DNA of 63,326 nucleotides, counting the filler. It is 9 parts of 9 records of this genome, joined end to end, with 100 filler letters (N's around TTAATTAATTAA, not from the genome) between each part and the next. Parts side by side here need not be neighbours in the genome. Positions count along the whole stretch, not along the records: positions 1 to 5,612 come from SRR31156797_60205; positions 5,713 to 12,453 come from SRR31156797_60228; 7 more parts are not named here. One strand, 5' to 3'. A program made the position numbers and the translations under genes. Below are positions 1-10,700 of the stretch, in pieces. Positions within the stretch are counted from its first letter, which is position 1, and each line of letters starts with the position of its first letter. The notes below the pieces were generated by a model. The model made no database searches. It had not been told where the DNA came from and saw nothing but the letters and a program-made list of their open reading frames with translations.

Positions 1-324
1 GAAACCGGCAGCGCTCCCATCGCCCCGTCAGTAGCTTTGGATTATGATCAAATCGAGCGGGACGGGCTGGAAGTGTTCAATTCGCCCATGCTCGGCGTGT
101 TTTATCGTGCGCCCAGCCCGGGCGCCGATCCATTTGTTAAAAAGGGCTCACAGGTAAAAAAAGGGGAAACCCTTTGCATAATAGAAGTTATGAAGCTGTA
201 TACCAGCATCGCCGCCGGCGCCCGGGGCGAGATAGTCGAAATATATGTTGAAGACGGCCAAATGGTTGAATATGGGCAGCCCCTGTTCCTGATAAAACCT
301 ATTACAGAGTCGGACGGCGAATAA
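1..324 (+). CDS. accB: Biotin carboxyl carrier protein (5' truncated by window start)
   Basis: SPMLGVFYRAPSPGADPFV and EVMKL biotinyl-lysine motif; frame is open from position 1. Confidence 0.92.
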   Translation, partial: ETGSAPIAPSVALDYDQIERDGLEVFNSPMLGVFYRAPSPGADPFVKKGSQVKKGETLCIIEVMKLYTSIAAGARGEIVEIYVEDGQMVEYGQPLFLIKPITESDGE

Positions 325-326
325 AC

Positions 327-1679
327 ATGGCCGCAGATATTTCCAGGGTTTTTATTGCCAACAGAGGCGAGATCGCCCTTCGGATAATAAGGGCCTGCAA
401 GGATTTGGGCCTTGAAACGGTTATTGCGGTTTCCACCGCGGATAAGGAAAGCCTGCCGGCCCGAACAGCCGACAGGGCTGTTTGTATTGGGCCGCATCAA
501 CCCGCCGACAGCTATCTAAAGGCGGGGACAATTGTAACCGCAGCCAAAGGATCGGGATGCGACGCCGTTCATCCCGGTTATGGCTTCTTGGCGGAAAAGC
601 CTCAACTGGCCGGCGCCTGCCTGGAAAACGGACTGATATTCATCGGCCCCAAGCCTGAGCACATCGAAACAATGGGCGACAAACTATTGGCCAGAAAGGC
701 GGCTACGGAATTGGGGATTCCCCTGATACCCGGCTCCGGCAATGTTAACAACCTGGAAGAAGCAAAACTTGAAGCTGATAAGATCGGCTTCCCCGTGCTG
801 CTCAAGGCGGCCGCCGGAGGCGGCGGCAAAGGCATGAAGATAGTGACGGATCCCGGCCGATTCGAGGCTGTTTTCCATGAAGCCCGCGGCGAAGCCCGGG
901 CCGCCTTTAATGATGACCGGCTCTACCTGGAGCGCCTGATCGTCAATGCCCGCCACATTGAAGTTCAGATACTGGCCGATTCGTATGGACGGGCCGTTCA
1001 TTTATTCGAGAGGGACTGTTCGGTTCAGCGCCGGTACCAGAAAGTGATCGAAGAAGCCTTGTCGCCCCTGGTCACCCCTGAAATACGCAAAAAAATATGC
1101 AAGGCCGCGTTGGACATCGCCGGTCACATCAGGTATGAAAACGCCGGCACAGTGGAATTCGTTCTGGACCTGGACCGGCAGGAATTTTATTTCCTGGAAA
1201 TGAACACAAGAATCCAGGTCGAGCATCCTGTCACTGAAATGATCACCGGCATTGATTTGGTCAAGCAACAGATTCTCATTGCGGCCGGGGAGCGGCTCAG
1301 CCTGGAACAGGAACAAATTACAACGGCCGGACACGCCATTGAGTGCCGCATTAACGCCGAGGCGGCCGAGGACGGATTCAGGCCCTGTCCGGGGAGAATT
1401 AGAGAGTGGCGCCCCCCCGAAGGCGAGGGAGTGCGGGTGGACAGCCACTGCTTTCCAGGATACATGGTTCCGCCCTTTTACGATTCCCTGTTGGCCAAGG
1501 TCATTACTTTTGGCCGCGATCGGGCCCAGGCCGTCGACCGCATGCAACGTGCACTGGAGCAGTTCGAGGTTACGGGAATCGAGACTACCATCGCTTTTCT
1601 GAACTCCTTAATGCAACACGAGGATTTTGTCGCCTCAAACATTAACACCGGCTGGCTGGAGAACACGGTTTTACCATGA
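327..1679 (+). CDS. accC: Biotin carboxylase subunit
   Basis: IANRGEIA, HPGYGFLAE, KAAAGGGGKG, ERDCSVQRR, EMNTRIQVEHPVTE motifs. Confidence 0.95.
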   Translation: MAADISRVFIANRGEIALRIIRACKDLGLETVIAVSTADKESLPARTADRAVCIGPHQPADSYLKAGTIVTAAKGSGCDAVHPGYGFLAEKPQLAGACLENGLIFIGPKPEHIETMGDKLLARKAATELGIPLIPGSGNVNNLEEAKLEADKIGFPVLLKAAAGGGGKGMKIVTDPGRFEAVFHEARGEARAAFNDDRLYLERLIVNARHIEVQILADSYGRAVHLFERDCSVQRRYQKVIEEALSPLVTPEIRKKICKAALDIAGHIRYENAGTVEFVLDLDRQEFYFLEMNTRIQVEHPVTEMITGIDLVKQQILIAAGERLSLEQEQITTAGHAIECRINAEAAEDGFRPCPGRIREWRPPEGEGVRVDSHCFPGYMVPPFYDSLLAKVITFGRDRAQAVDRMQRALEQFEVTGIETTIAFLNSLMQHEDFVASNINTGWLENTVLP

Positions 1680-1695
1680 AGAAGGACGGTTTTTG

Positions 1696-3141
1696 ATGAA
1701 AAGAATTTCATTTGTCGATACATCTTTGCGGGATGGGCCCCAGAGTCTCTGGAACGGACGCATGACCACATCCATGATGCTGCCCATTGCGCCGGTAATC
1801 GATCGGGTCGGTTTCGAGGCCCTGGACTTTATGGCCTTGATAAGCATGGACTGGTGCATTCGCAACCTCGGTGAAAATCCATGGGACCGGATGCGTCTCA
1901 TGGCCCGGGCCATGCCCAACACGCCTCTGATAGTGGGCGGAGTGTTACGAAACTTCGGCAACGTTCCAGACTCGATCACCGAATTTTGGACTCTCAAGAT
2001 TGCCGAGGCCGGCGCGTCCAGAATAAGAATAAACGATCCCTGCCATGACACTGCTCAGGTAAAAAAGGCTATCGGCTGGTCTCAAGCCGCCGGCATGACT
2101 ACAATGGTCGCCTTGATTTTTTCCCAGAGCCCGGTCCACACCGATGAATACTACGCCCAAAAGGCCCTGGAATTCGCCCAGGCAGGCGCCGACCGATTGT
2201 TCGTCAAGGATGTAGACGGATTGTTAACGCCGGAAAGAACCCGAACCCTTATCCGGGCCATACGCGATAAAGTGAACGGCCTGCCCCTGGAAATACACGG
2301 CCACTGCACAACCGGCCTTGAGCCTATATGTTACCTGGAGGCCATTAAGCTGGGCGTGGAAACTGTCCATACTGCTGTCGCGCCCCTGGCCAACGGCCCG
2401 TCCCAGCCGTCCGTGGACAACATTATCCACAATGCACGCATGATGGGTTACTCGCATGGCCTGGACGAATCCGCCCTGGCCGAGATGACCGAGCATTTTC
2501 AATACATAGCGCAAAACGAGGGCTTTACATCGGGCGCTCCAGTGGAATATGATCTGTTTCAATACGAACACCAGTTGCCGGGCGGAATGCTTTCCAACTA
2601 CCAGGCCGAGTTGGACAGGCGCGGATTAGGCGACAAATTGGAGGTCCTGCTTAAAGAGGTTGCCCTTATCCGCCGGGAACTGGGTTATCCGATCATGGTC
2701 ACGCCCCTGTCTCAATACATCGGCGCCCAGGCCATACTCAATCATACCCTCGGAGACCGCTATAAAATAGTCAGCGATGAGATAATCAAATATGCATTGG
2801 GCCATTTTGGAGAGTTAATTGCGCCGGTGGAAAAAGAAGTGATGGAAAAAATCAAAAAGCTGCCCCGGACCAGTGAACTGGCCGACTGGCAGCCCGCCCA
2901 AAGGCCTTTGGACGAACTGCGCGAAGAATTCGGCCGGGATTTAAGCGACGACGAATTCCTGTTGCGCGTCCTTTCATCCAACCAGGAAGCCGTGGACAGG
3001 GTTCTGGAAAAAGGCGAGCAAAATTATCATTACCCCGATAAAGATCAACCGTTAATGACTGTTTTGACCAAACTGCTTTCGGATGAGGAAAGGACCTGCA
3101 TCCGGATTGAAACAGAGGGGTTTTCCCTGAGCCTGAATTAA
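1696..3141 (+). CDS. Carboxyltransferase subunit of the pyruvate carboxylase/oxaloacetate decarboxylase alpha family (divergent)
   Basis: DTSLRDGPQSLW, KDVDGLL, HGHCTTG, HQLPGGM, GYPIMVTPLSQ motifs; start placed at the ATG after GAAGGA. Confidence 0.88.
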   Translation: MKRISFVDTSLRDGPQSLWNGRMTTSMMLPIAPVIDRVGFEALDFMALISMDWCIRNLGENPWDRMRLMARAMPNTPLIVGGVLRNFGNVPDSITEFWTLKIAEAGASRIRINDPCHDTAQVKKAIGWSQAAGMTTMVALIFSQSPVHTDEYYAQKALEFAQAGADRLFVKDVDGLLTPERTRTLIRAIRDKVNGLPLEIHGHCTTGLEPICYLEAIKLGVETVHTAVAPLANGPSQPSVDNIIHNARMMGYSHGLDESALAEMTEHFQYIAQNEGFTSGAPVEYDLFQYEHQLPGGMLSNYQAELDRRGLGDKLEVLLKEVALIRRELGYPIMVTPLSQYIGAQAILNHTLGDRYKIVSDEIIKYALGHFGELIAPVEKEVMEKIKKLPRTSELADWQPAQRPLDELREEFGRDLSDDEFLLRVLSSNQEAVDRVLEKGEQNYHYPDKDQPLMTVLTKLLSDEERTCIRIETEGFSLSLN

Positions 3142-3164
3142 AAAATTATCCAGAGGATTATAAT

Positions 3165-4028
3165 ATGAAGCCCGAACAGCACAACAGAAACAACCCGGGC
3201 GATAAAGTGATCATCACCGCCGCCATTACCGGCGGCCGCATCATGCGCGATATCGCCCCGACCATCCCCTACTCTCCCGAGGAAATAGTCCAGTCTTCCA
3301 TCGACGCCTGGAACGCGGGCGCCGCCATAGTTCATATCCACGTCCGCGATCCCGAAACCGGATTGGGCGTGCAGGACCTTGAAATGTTTCGCCGTGTGGT
3401 CGATCCCCTGCGGGAAAAGACCGACCTGGTCCTCAGCCTGACTACCTCGGGCATAGCGGGCCGGAATCTGCCTTATGAAGACCGGCTGGTCCCACTGGAA
3501 CTGGTCCCCGAACTGGCTTCCTTTGACGCCGGCTCGATAAACCTGGGTGGTGGAGTGTTCAGCAATCCTCCTGATTTCCTGGATGTTGCCGCCATAAAGA
3601 TGAAAGAAAAAGGCGTCAAGCCGGAGATCGAAATATTTGACTCGGGCATGATCGTAACCGCTCTCGGCCTGAGGGACCAGGACAAGCTTGATGATCCGCT
3701 GCATTTCCAGTTTGTGCTGGGCACACCCTGGGGCGCTCCGGCAACGCCCAAATCCCTGTTGCATCTTTACGAACATATCCCTGAAAACGCCACATGGTCT
3801 GTCGTCGGCATCGGCAAGGGTCATCTGCCCATGTCCATGATGGGCCTGATTATGGGCGGCCATATCAGGGTTGGATTGGAAGACAATATTTATTACAAGC
3901 GCGGCGTGAAAGCCGAAACCAATGCCCAGTTTGTGGAGAGGATTGCACTCTTGGCCCGCGATTACGGACGGGACGTGGCTTCCCCCCGGGAGACCCGGGT
4001 CATTCTGGGTCTGGCTGAACCAAGGTAG
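3165..4028 (+). CDS. Beta-keto acid cleavage enzyme (BKACE/DUF849, Kce family) 1
   Basis: IITAAITG, HIHVRD, KPEIEIFD, HIRVGLEDN, NAQFVER motifs. Confidence 0.92.
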   Translation: MKPEQHNRNNPGDKVIITAAITGGRIMRDIAPTIPYSPEEIVQSSIDAWNAGAAIVHIHVRDPETGLGVQDLEMFRRVVDPLREKTDLVLSLTTSGIAGRNLPYEDRLVPLELVPELASFDAGSINLGGGVFSNPPDFLDVAAIKMKEKGVKPEIEIFDSGMIVTALGLRDQDKLDDPLHFQFVLGTPWGAPATPKSLLHLYEHIPENATWSVVGIGKGHLPMSMMGLIMGGHIRVGLEDNIYYKRGVKAETNAQFVERIALLARDYGRDVASPRETRVILGLAEPR

Positions 4029-4115
4029 TATCTGTCCATAAATGGTTCTTTTTCTAAATTTTTAGACAGACGCCAAGAAATAAATACCGTAAATCAACAA
4101 AGGAGATAATGGAGC

Positions 4116-4997
4116 ATGGAGATTACAGTTGAAATTGCAAAAATGAAAAAGTTGATTATCACGGTGGCCCAAACCGGAGGCCTCCACAACAAAAGCACCA
4201 ACCCCGCCTTGCCGGAACAGCCGGACGAAATCGCGCAGTCGGCCTACGATTGTTACAATGCAGGAGCTTCGGTTTGCCATATCCACGCCCGGGATTCCAA
4301 GGGGCTGACCACGGGCGACGTGGATATTCATAATGAAATAATCAGTAAAATAAATGCAAAATGCCCCATCATCACCCAGGTGGGAAACGGCATCGGGGCC
4401 GTTACCAAGCCCGATGGAACCAGGGCCGCCGCCAGCCTGGACGAACGTATGGCCCTGACCACGCTCAATCCCAAACCGGACATGCTCACCATTAACATGG
4501 GCACCTTTGAGTTCGACGGTATCGACACCTTTGAAAACCCGATGTGGTGGAATGAGGAATTCGCCCGGAAATGCTACGAGCGGGACATCGCCATTGAGTG
4601 CGAGTGTTATGACATGGGGCACGTATTCAATGCCCTGGAATTGGTAAAAAGAGGCGCGCTCAAGACGCCGGTCCATTTCAGCCTGGTGCTGGGTATTAAC
4701 GGCGGCATGCCGTTCACCCCTAAACTGTTGTCAGCCATGGTCGATCTGCTGCCCGAAGGCTCCAGTTGGCAGGTCATCACCATCAGCAAGATGCAACTGC
4801 CCTCAACCGTGATGGCCATGTGCCAGGGGGCCAATATAAGAACAGGCCTGGAAGATAACATTTATTTCTCCAAGGGCGTGTTGGCCAAAAGCAATGCTCA
4901 ACTTGTGGAGAGGATGGTCAACATAGCCAGGGAAATAGGCCGGGAAGTGGCCACGGTGGACGAAGCCGTGGAAATGATGGGCGTAAAACGCGACTGA
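4116..4997 (+). CDS. Beta-keto acid cleavage enzyme (BKACE/DUF849) 2
   Basis: IITVAQTG, HIHARD, NIRTGLEDN, SNAQLVER motifs; alternative start at 4143. Confidence 0.92.
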   Translation: MEITVEIAKMKKLIITVAQTGGLHNKSTNPALPEQPDEIAQSAYDCYNAGASVCHIHARDSKGLTTGDVDIHNEIISKINAKCPIITQVGNGIGAVTKPDGTRAAASLDERMALTTLNPKPDMLTINMGTFEFDGIDTFENPMWWNEEFARKCYERDIAIECECYDMGHVFNALELVKRGALKTPVHFSLVLGINGGMPFTPKLLSAMVDLLPEGSSWQVITISKMQLPSTVMAMCQGANIRTGLEDNIYFSKGVLAKSNAQLVERMVNIAREIGREVATVDEAVEMMGVKRD

Positions 4998-5062
4998 GGA
5001 GCTAATCGATTTCTTTAATTGATAATCTTTCTTGGAAAACGTTAAATTTAGGGAGGTGCAAG

Positions 5063-5612
5063 GTGAAATTCGACAAGCTGGCATTACTGGTAATGGTTTT
5101 TTGTTTGATTTGTTCTCTCTCGGCGCCGCTGAAGGCAAGCGCCGCAGACGTTATTGAACTGAAAGCTTCTGTTTGGCAGCCGCCCATGCACCCCGTGGTT
5201 CAGGAAGTGTACCTGCCGTGGGGGAAAATGATTGAAGAGCGCACCAATGGCCGGGTCAAAATAAAATGGTTCCTGGGCGGAACCCTGGTCAAGGCCGAAC
5301 AGGGGCTCAGCGCTGTGAAGAGCGGCCTGGCCGACATAGTAATGCCCCTGGGCGTGTGGGCTTACAACAAGCAATTCCCCGCCTCCAACGCCCTGTTCAT
5401 GCCCTTTCAGCTGGAAAGTGAACTTCACGCCACTCAGTCTTTTTATGAATGCTTCCAGCAGGTTCCCGAAATAAGAAACGAATACAAAGGTATGAAGGTC
5501 ATCGGCTTTCTGACCACGGGCATATCCAATTTCCACATGAAGTCGAACCAGATTAAGTCGCTGGATGATTTCAAGAATGAAAAGATCTGGGGCGCCAACG
5601 CTATTGGAGTCA
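5063..5612 (+). CDS. dctP: TRAP transporter substrate-binding protein (3' truncated)
   Basis: Signal peptide (…ASA-AD), W.K.IEERTNGRVKI, GGTL, G.ADI pattern. Confidence 0.85.
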
Positions 5613-5712
5613 NNNNNNNNNNNNNNNNNNNNNNNNNNNNNNNNNNNNNNNNNNNNTTAATTAATTAANNNNNNNNNNNNNNNNNNNNNNNNNNNNNNNN
5701 NNNNNNNNNNNN
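5613..5712. other. Artificial contig spacer
   Basis: N run + TTAATTAATTAA + N run. Confidence 0.98.
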
Positions 5713-5801
5713 TCGGCTCCGCCGAAAATGACCTTGATGATTCCCGGCGTCGATAAAGCCATGTCCGCAACCGGTATGTTTCGGCTGCGGTTGGAGGAAT
5801 A

Positions 5802-6263
5802 ATGAAAGACGTAAAAAAAATACTGGTCGGATTATGCCTTTCGCCTCATGCAAAGGATGTTTTCAACCAGGCCGCTCAGCTAGCTGAAAGCTTCAACGCC
5901 GAAATAATCGCTCTTAACGTCCTTAACATCAGGGATGTCGAAGACGTAAGTTCAATAGAATCATTGGGTTATAATGTAAAATCCGATGACTACCGCAAAA
6001 CGGTCAAGGAAGAAAGGCGAGAGGAAATATCTAAATTAATAGAAGAATCCGGCTTCCCCTCAGAACGGGCCAAAATTGTTATAACCGTCGGCCACCCGGT
6101 CGAAAAAATCCTGGAATACATAAAGGAAGAAAATGCGGATCTGGTCGTAATGGGCGCCAAGGGGAAAAGCAACCTGACCCAGCTTCTGGTCGGGTCGGTC
6201 GCGGAAAAAATCTTTCGCCATTCTCCTGTAACAGTAATCTCCTATCGGGACAAGACCTATTGA
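5802..6263 (+). CDS. Universal stress protein
   Basis: KKILVG at N-terminus, ADLVVMGAKG, GSVAEKIFRHSPVTV. Confidence 0.92.
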   Translation: MKDVKKILVGLCLSPHAKDVFNQAAQLAESFNAEIIALNVLNIRDVEDVSSIESLGYNVKSDDYRKTVKEERREEISKLIEESGFPSERAKIVITVGHPVEKILEYIKEENADLVVMGAKGKSNLTQLLVGSVAEKIFRHSPVTVISYRDKTY

Positions 6264-6703
6264 TTGTTTATTTTTTTCTTAAATAGACCTCATCGGCTCC
6301 CCAATTAGGACGAGGCGCCCGCACCCCCACATTGAACCATCATTCACAAAGGTTGGCGATCTATATCGCTCAAGCCGGAATACCCCAAAAAAATCCGTCA
6401 TGAATAACGTTTATTGGATAATTTTTTTTAAAAGCCGTTTTCCATGCCCGACCATTGAAAAGCACCGTGAACATGTTAAAATGGGCATATGTATATTTTG
6501 TGTTATTTTGCTAATTTATATCAACCCTTAGCCGAATTTGACTTATTGTTGTTCCTTCCTGAATCAGTGTTGAAACCTCTATATGATAGTTTGACTAACT
6601 TCCCTAATTTTCTTTTCTTAACGATTCTTCTTGACAATCAGGCATCGACGTGTAAGAAAAATTTCGCAAAAGTAACCTTAAAAAGATAAGGATAAGAGGC
6701 CCC

Positions 6704-7576
6704 ATGAGTTTTCAGAAGCGGTTAAAATCAGGTGAATTCGTCGTACTGGCTGAAATGGACACCCCCAAGGGAGTGGATATTTCCGAACTGGTCACCAATG
6801 CCCGCCGTATAAAAGGACGGGTTGACGCCGTCATTATTCCCGATATGGGAAACGGAGTCATGCGCATGAGCGCATTGGGCGGCGGAGTTCTAATGCATCA
6901 GCAGGGAATGGAAGCAGTTATGCATATCTGTCCCCGCGACAGGAACAGGCTCGCGCTCCAGGGAGACATCCTGGCCGCCCACGTTCTTGGTATCCAGAAT
7001 ATAATCGTCGTCCAGGGCGAAGATATGTCTTATGGAGACCATCTTGACGCCAAATCCGTGAACGATCTTGATGAATTGGATCTCCTGGGCGCTATTCGGT
7101 CCTTACAAGAAGGCCGCGATCTCGCCGGTATTGAAATATCAGGCAGCCCCTCCTTTGTGGTCGGCTGTTCGCTTTCTCCTTTTGCCGATGACGCGGCAAT
7201 GGAAAAGGAACTCGAATCCGCCTCCAAAAAGATAGAAGCAGGCGCACAGTTTGTTATTTGCCCTCCCGTTTTCGATGTGGACGTATTTTCGTCCTTCATG
7301 GAAAAGGCCAAAGGACTGGGCGTTCCCATAATTCCGACCGTATTTCTATTAAAATCGGTTGGAGTGGCAAGGTATATGGCCGCCAATATTCCCGGATGCC
7401 ACATCTCCGAAGAGATGATCAAGCGTATACGCAAAGCCCCCGACAGAGTCACCGAATGTATCCGCATAGCCGGCGAAACCGTCGCCGCCCTCAAGGGGAT
7501 AGCTCAAGGAGTGCAAATTGTGACCCTTGGATGGGAACACCGCTTGCCGGCCATCCTGGATCATGCCGGCCTTTAA
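6704..7576 (+). CDS. Methylenetetrahydrofolate reductase-like protein (divergent MetF paralog)
   Basis: E..TPKG, HICPRDRNRLALQ, KKIEAGAQF MTHFR motifs. Confidence 0.85.
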   Translation: MSFQKRLKSGEFVVLAEMDTPKGVDISELVTNARRIKGRVDAVIIPDMGNGVMRMSALGGGVLMHQQGMEAVMHICPRDRNRLALQGDILAAHVLGIQNIIVVQGEDMSYGDHLDAKSVNDLDELDLLGAIRSLQEGRDLAGIEISGSPSFVVGCSLSPFADDAAMEKELESASKKIEAGAQFVICPPVFDVDVFSSFMEKAKGLGVPIIPTVFLLKSVGVARYMAANIPGCHISEEMIKRIRKAPDRVTECIRIAGETVAALKGIAQGVQIVTLGWEHRLPAILDHAGL

Positions 7577-7713
7577 TAACATTTCCAGACCATAAACGGA
7601 TGGCCTGCGCCCGGTGATAAGCCATTACGGCATAAATCCGCCGAGCGCGGTCGGTTGCGGTCAAAATCAGTCGCCGTTTCCTGATTTATACGGCGGACAA
7701 AAGTAAGAGAGAA

Positions 7714-10700
7714 ATGCAAGATCAAATCAATTCAGAGCCGAACAACAAAGTACTTGTCGTAGGCGGCGGTGTCGGCGGCATCAAGACAGCCCTGGATCTG
7801 GCTGAAGCCGGCCGGGAGGTCATGCTTGTCGATAAAGCACCTTCAATCGGCGGACTCATGACCCTGCTGGACCGCACATTCCCCACCAATAATTGTGATA
7901 TGTGCACAATTTCGCCCTACCTGGCCGAAAGCGGACGAGACCTCAATATTGATCTTTTGCCCTTAACCGAAATTGTATCGACTGAAGGACAGGCCGGCGA
8001 CTTTACAATCAAACTCCGGACCGCCCCCCGATACATCGATCTGGACAAATGCTCCGCCTGCGGCGAATGCCACAAAAAACATCCCGAATGCGTAAATTTC
8101 ACTCCCGGGCTCGACCACCGCGCCCCTACATGCATGCGCTACCCGCAGGCCACCCCCCTGGCCTTTTCTATTGACGCCGAAAAATGCAGCGCCATGGACG
8201 ACATAGTCGCAGTATGTCCCGATGACGCCATTATTCCCGACGAAGCTGAAAAAATCAGCGAAGTTAAAGTCGGGGCCATTGTCCTGGCCACCGGGGCCTG
8301 TCTCTATAATCCCGACGCCCTGGCCAACTACGGACACGGTATATATCCCAACGTGGTCACCGGCCTGGAATACGAACGCATAATGTCCGCTTCCGGCCCG
8401 ACAGCCGGAGACCTGATCCGTCCTTCGGACAGCAAGCGCCCCCAAAAAGTAGCCTGGATCCAATGCGTGGGATCGCGTAACATCAACCAGGCCGACGCCC
8501 CTTACTGCTCAAGCGTTTGCTGCATGTACGCTCTCAAAGAAGCTATGGTCACCAAGGAACGCTTCCAGGACGATATCGAAGCCGTGGTTTTTTATATGGA
8601 TATGAGAACCTCGGGTAAGGATTACGAACTTTATCTCCAACGCTCCAAGGACGAATACGGAGTCAGGCTGGTTCGCTGCCGGCCGCACACCATTGAGCCT
8701 CAACCCGGAACCAAAGATCTTTCAATCACCTACACCACTGATGACAGCTCAACCCCTCAAAAAGAAGTTTTCGACATGGTCGTCCTTTCCACAGGATTCC
8801 ATGTCCCGCCTGACGTCGTCGATCTGGCCGGCGCCCTGGGTATTGAGCTTAACGAATGGAACTTTGTCAAAACAGACAGTTTCAACCCGGTTACCACAAG
8901 TAAAAAGGGAATCTATGTTTGCGGGCTCCTGGAAAGCCCCAAGGACATCCCCGAAACTCTCGTCCAGGCCAGCGCCGCCGCCGGCATGGTTTCTCACGAC
9001 CTGCCCGCCAAAGACCAACTGGCCGCACATGAGGAATTCCCTCCGGAAAGGGATGTTGCCGGCGAAGAACCTAAATTGGGAGTGTTCGTATACAACTATT
9101 CTTCATACGAAGGCGTCATAAATCCAAATGAAGTGGCAGAATACGCCTCGGGCCTGTCCGGCGTAGCCGTTTCCGAAGTTATTCAACACGGTTCTTCCGA
9201 AGAAACCCTGGGCCATATTCAGGAAACCATTCGAAAAGAACAATTGAACAGAGTAGTAATAGCCGGAACTTCCCCCAGGACCCACGAGACTCTTTTCCAG
9301 GACACCATCCGCAGGGCCGGCCTCAATAAATATCTCCTCGAAATGGCCAATATCCGCGACCAGAACGTCTGGGTGCACAGTGATTCGCCCGAACAGGCGT
9401 CCCAAAAAGCAAATGACCTGGTCCGTATGGCCGTTTCCAGCGCCGCCCAGAGAACTCCGCTTATCGACCACACCATCGACATGAACAAGGAAGTCCTTGT
9501 CATCGGCGGCGGAGTCACCGGTATGAACGCGGCTCTGAACATGGCCGAAGACGGCTTCAAGGTCTTCCTGGTCGAACAGGCCCCCGAACTCGGCGGCCTG
9601 GCCAGGGATCTGCACAAAACTCTCGAAGGAGAAGACGTGCAGGCCTATATGAACGACCTTGTCGAAAGAACAAAAAACCACGATAATATCCAGGTTCTGA
9701 CCGGCGCCATAGTTGTCGATCACACCGGCATGCCCGGCCAGTTCAAAACCGGACTCCAGGTCGGACCGCAAATGTATTACCGCCAGATAAGCCATGGCGT
9801 GACCATACTCGCCACCGGCGCCCTGGCCAACCGTCCCAAGGAATACATGCTCGGCGAGCACGAAGCCGTCATGACCCAACGGGATCTCGATTCCCTGCTT
9901 GAAGAAAACCCCGATAAATTCAAAACCATGGATCGCGTGGTTATGATCCAGTGCGTGGGTTCGCGCGTTCCGGAAAATCCCAATTGCAGCCGCGTCTGCT
10001 GCCAGAGCGCCGTCAAGAACGCGCTCCGCATCCTGGACATTAATCCGGAAATAAAAATATTCGTCCTGTACCGCGATATGAGAACATACGGGTTCCAGGA
10101 AGTGTATTACCGTCAAGCCCGCGAACGGGGCGTTCTCTTCGCCCGTTACAGCCTGGATGACAAACCGGTCGTCGCCGCCTCGGGAGACAAGGTCGAAGTC
10201 ACATTCCACGACGCCATTCTGGATATGAAAATCAGCGTCCCGGTTGACTGCCTCGCTCTGAGCACCGGTTTTATCGCGGACGATGAAGCCACTGAAGACC
10301 TGTCCATGATCTTTCACCTCCCCAGGACCGAAGACGGGTATTTTCTTGAAGAACACGTCAAACTCAAACCCGTAGACCTGCCGGTTCCGGGATTCCTGGT
10401 CGCCGGAACGGCCCACTCGCCCAAGAGCGTCAGGGAAAGCATTACCCAGGCTCATGCCGCCGCCGGTCGGGCCAAGACCCTGCTGGCCCGTGATGTTATC
10501 AACCTCGGCGCTGCCGTGGCTAAAGTCGACGGCGACAAATGCGCGGCCTGCCTGATATGCGTCCGGGCCTGTCCTTTTGACGTCCCGTTCATCAACGCGG
10601 ACGGCTATTCGGAGATTGACCCGGCCAAATGTCACGGTTGCGGAATTTGCGCGGCTGAGTGCCCGGCCAAAGCTATTCAGCTCATGCAATTTGAAGACGA

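Noticed and set aside
9103-10689. 528-aa antisense ORF inside hdrA
   Set aside because: Shadow ORF from codon bias; no motifs, and the sense gene is clearly real
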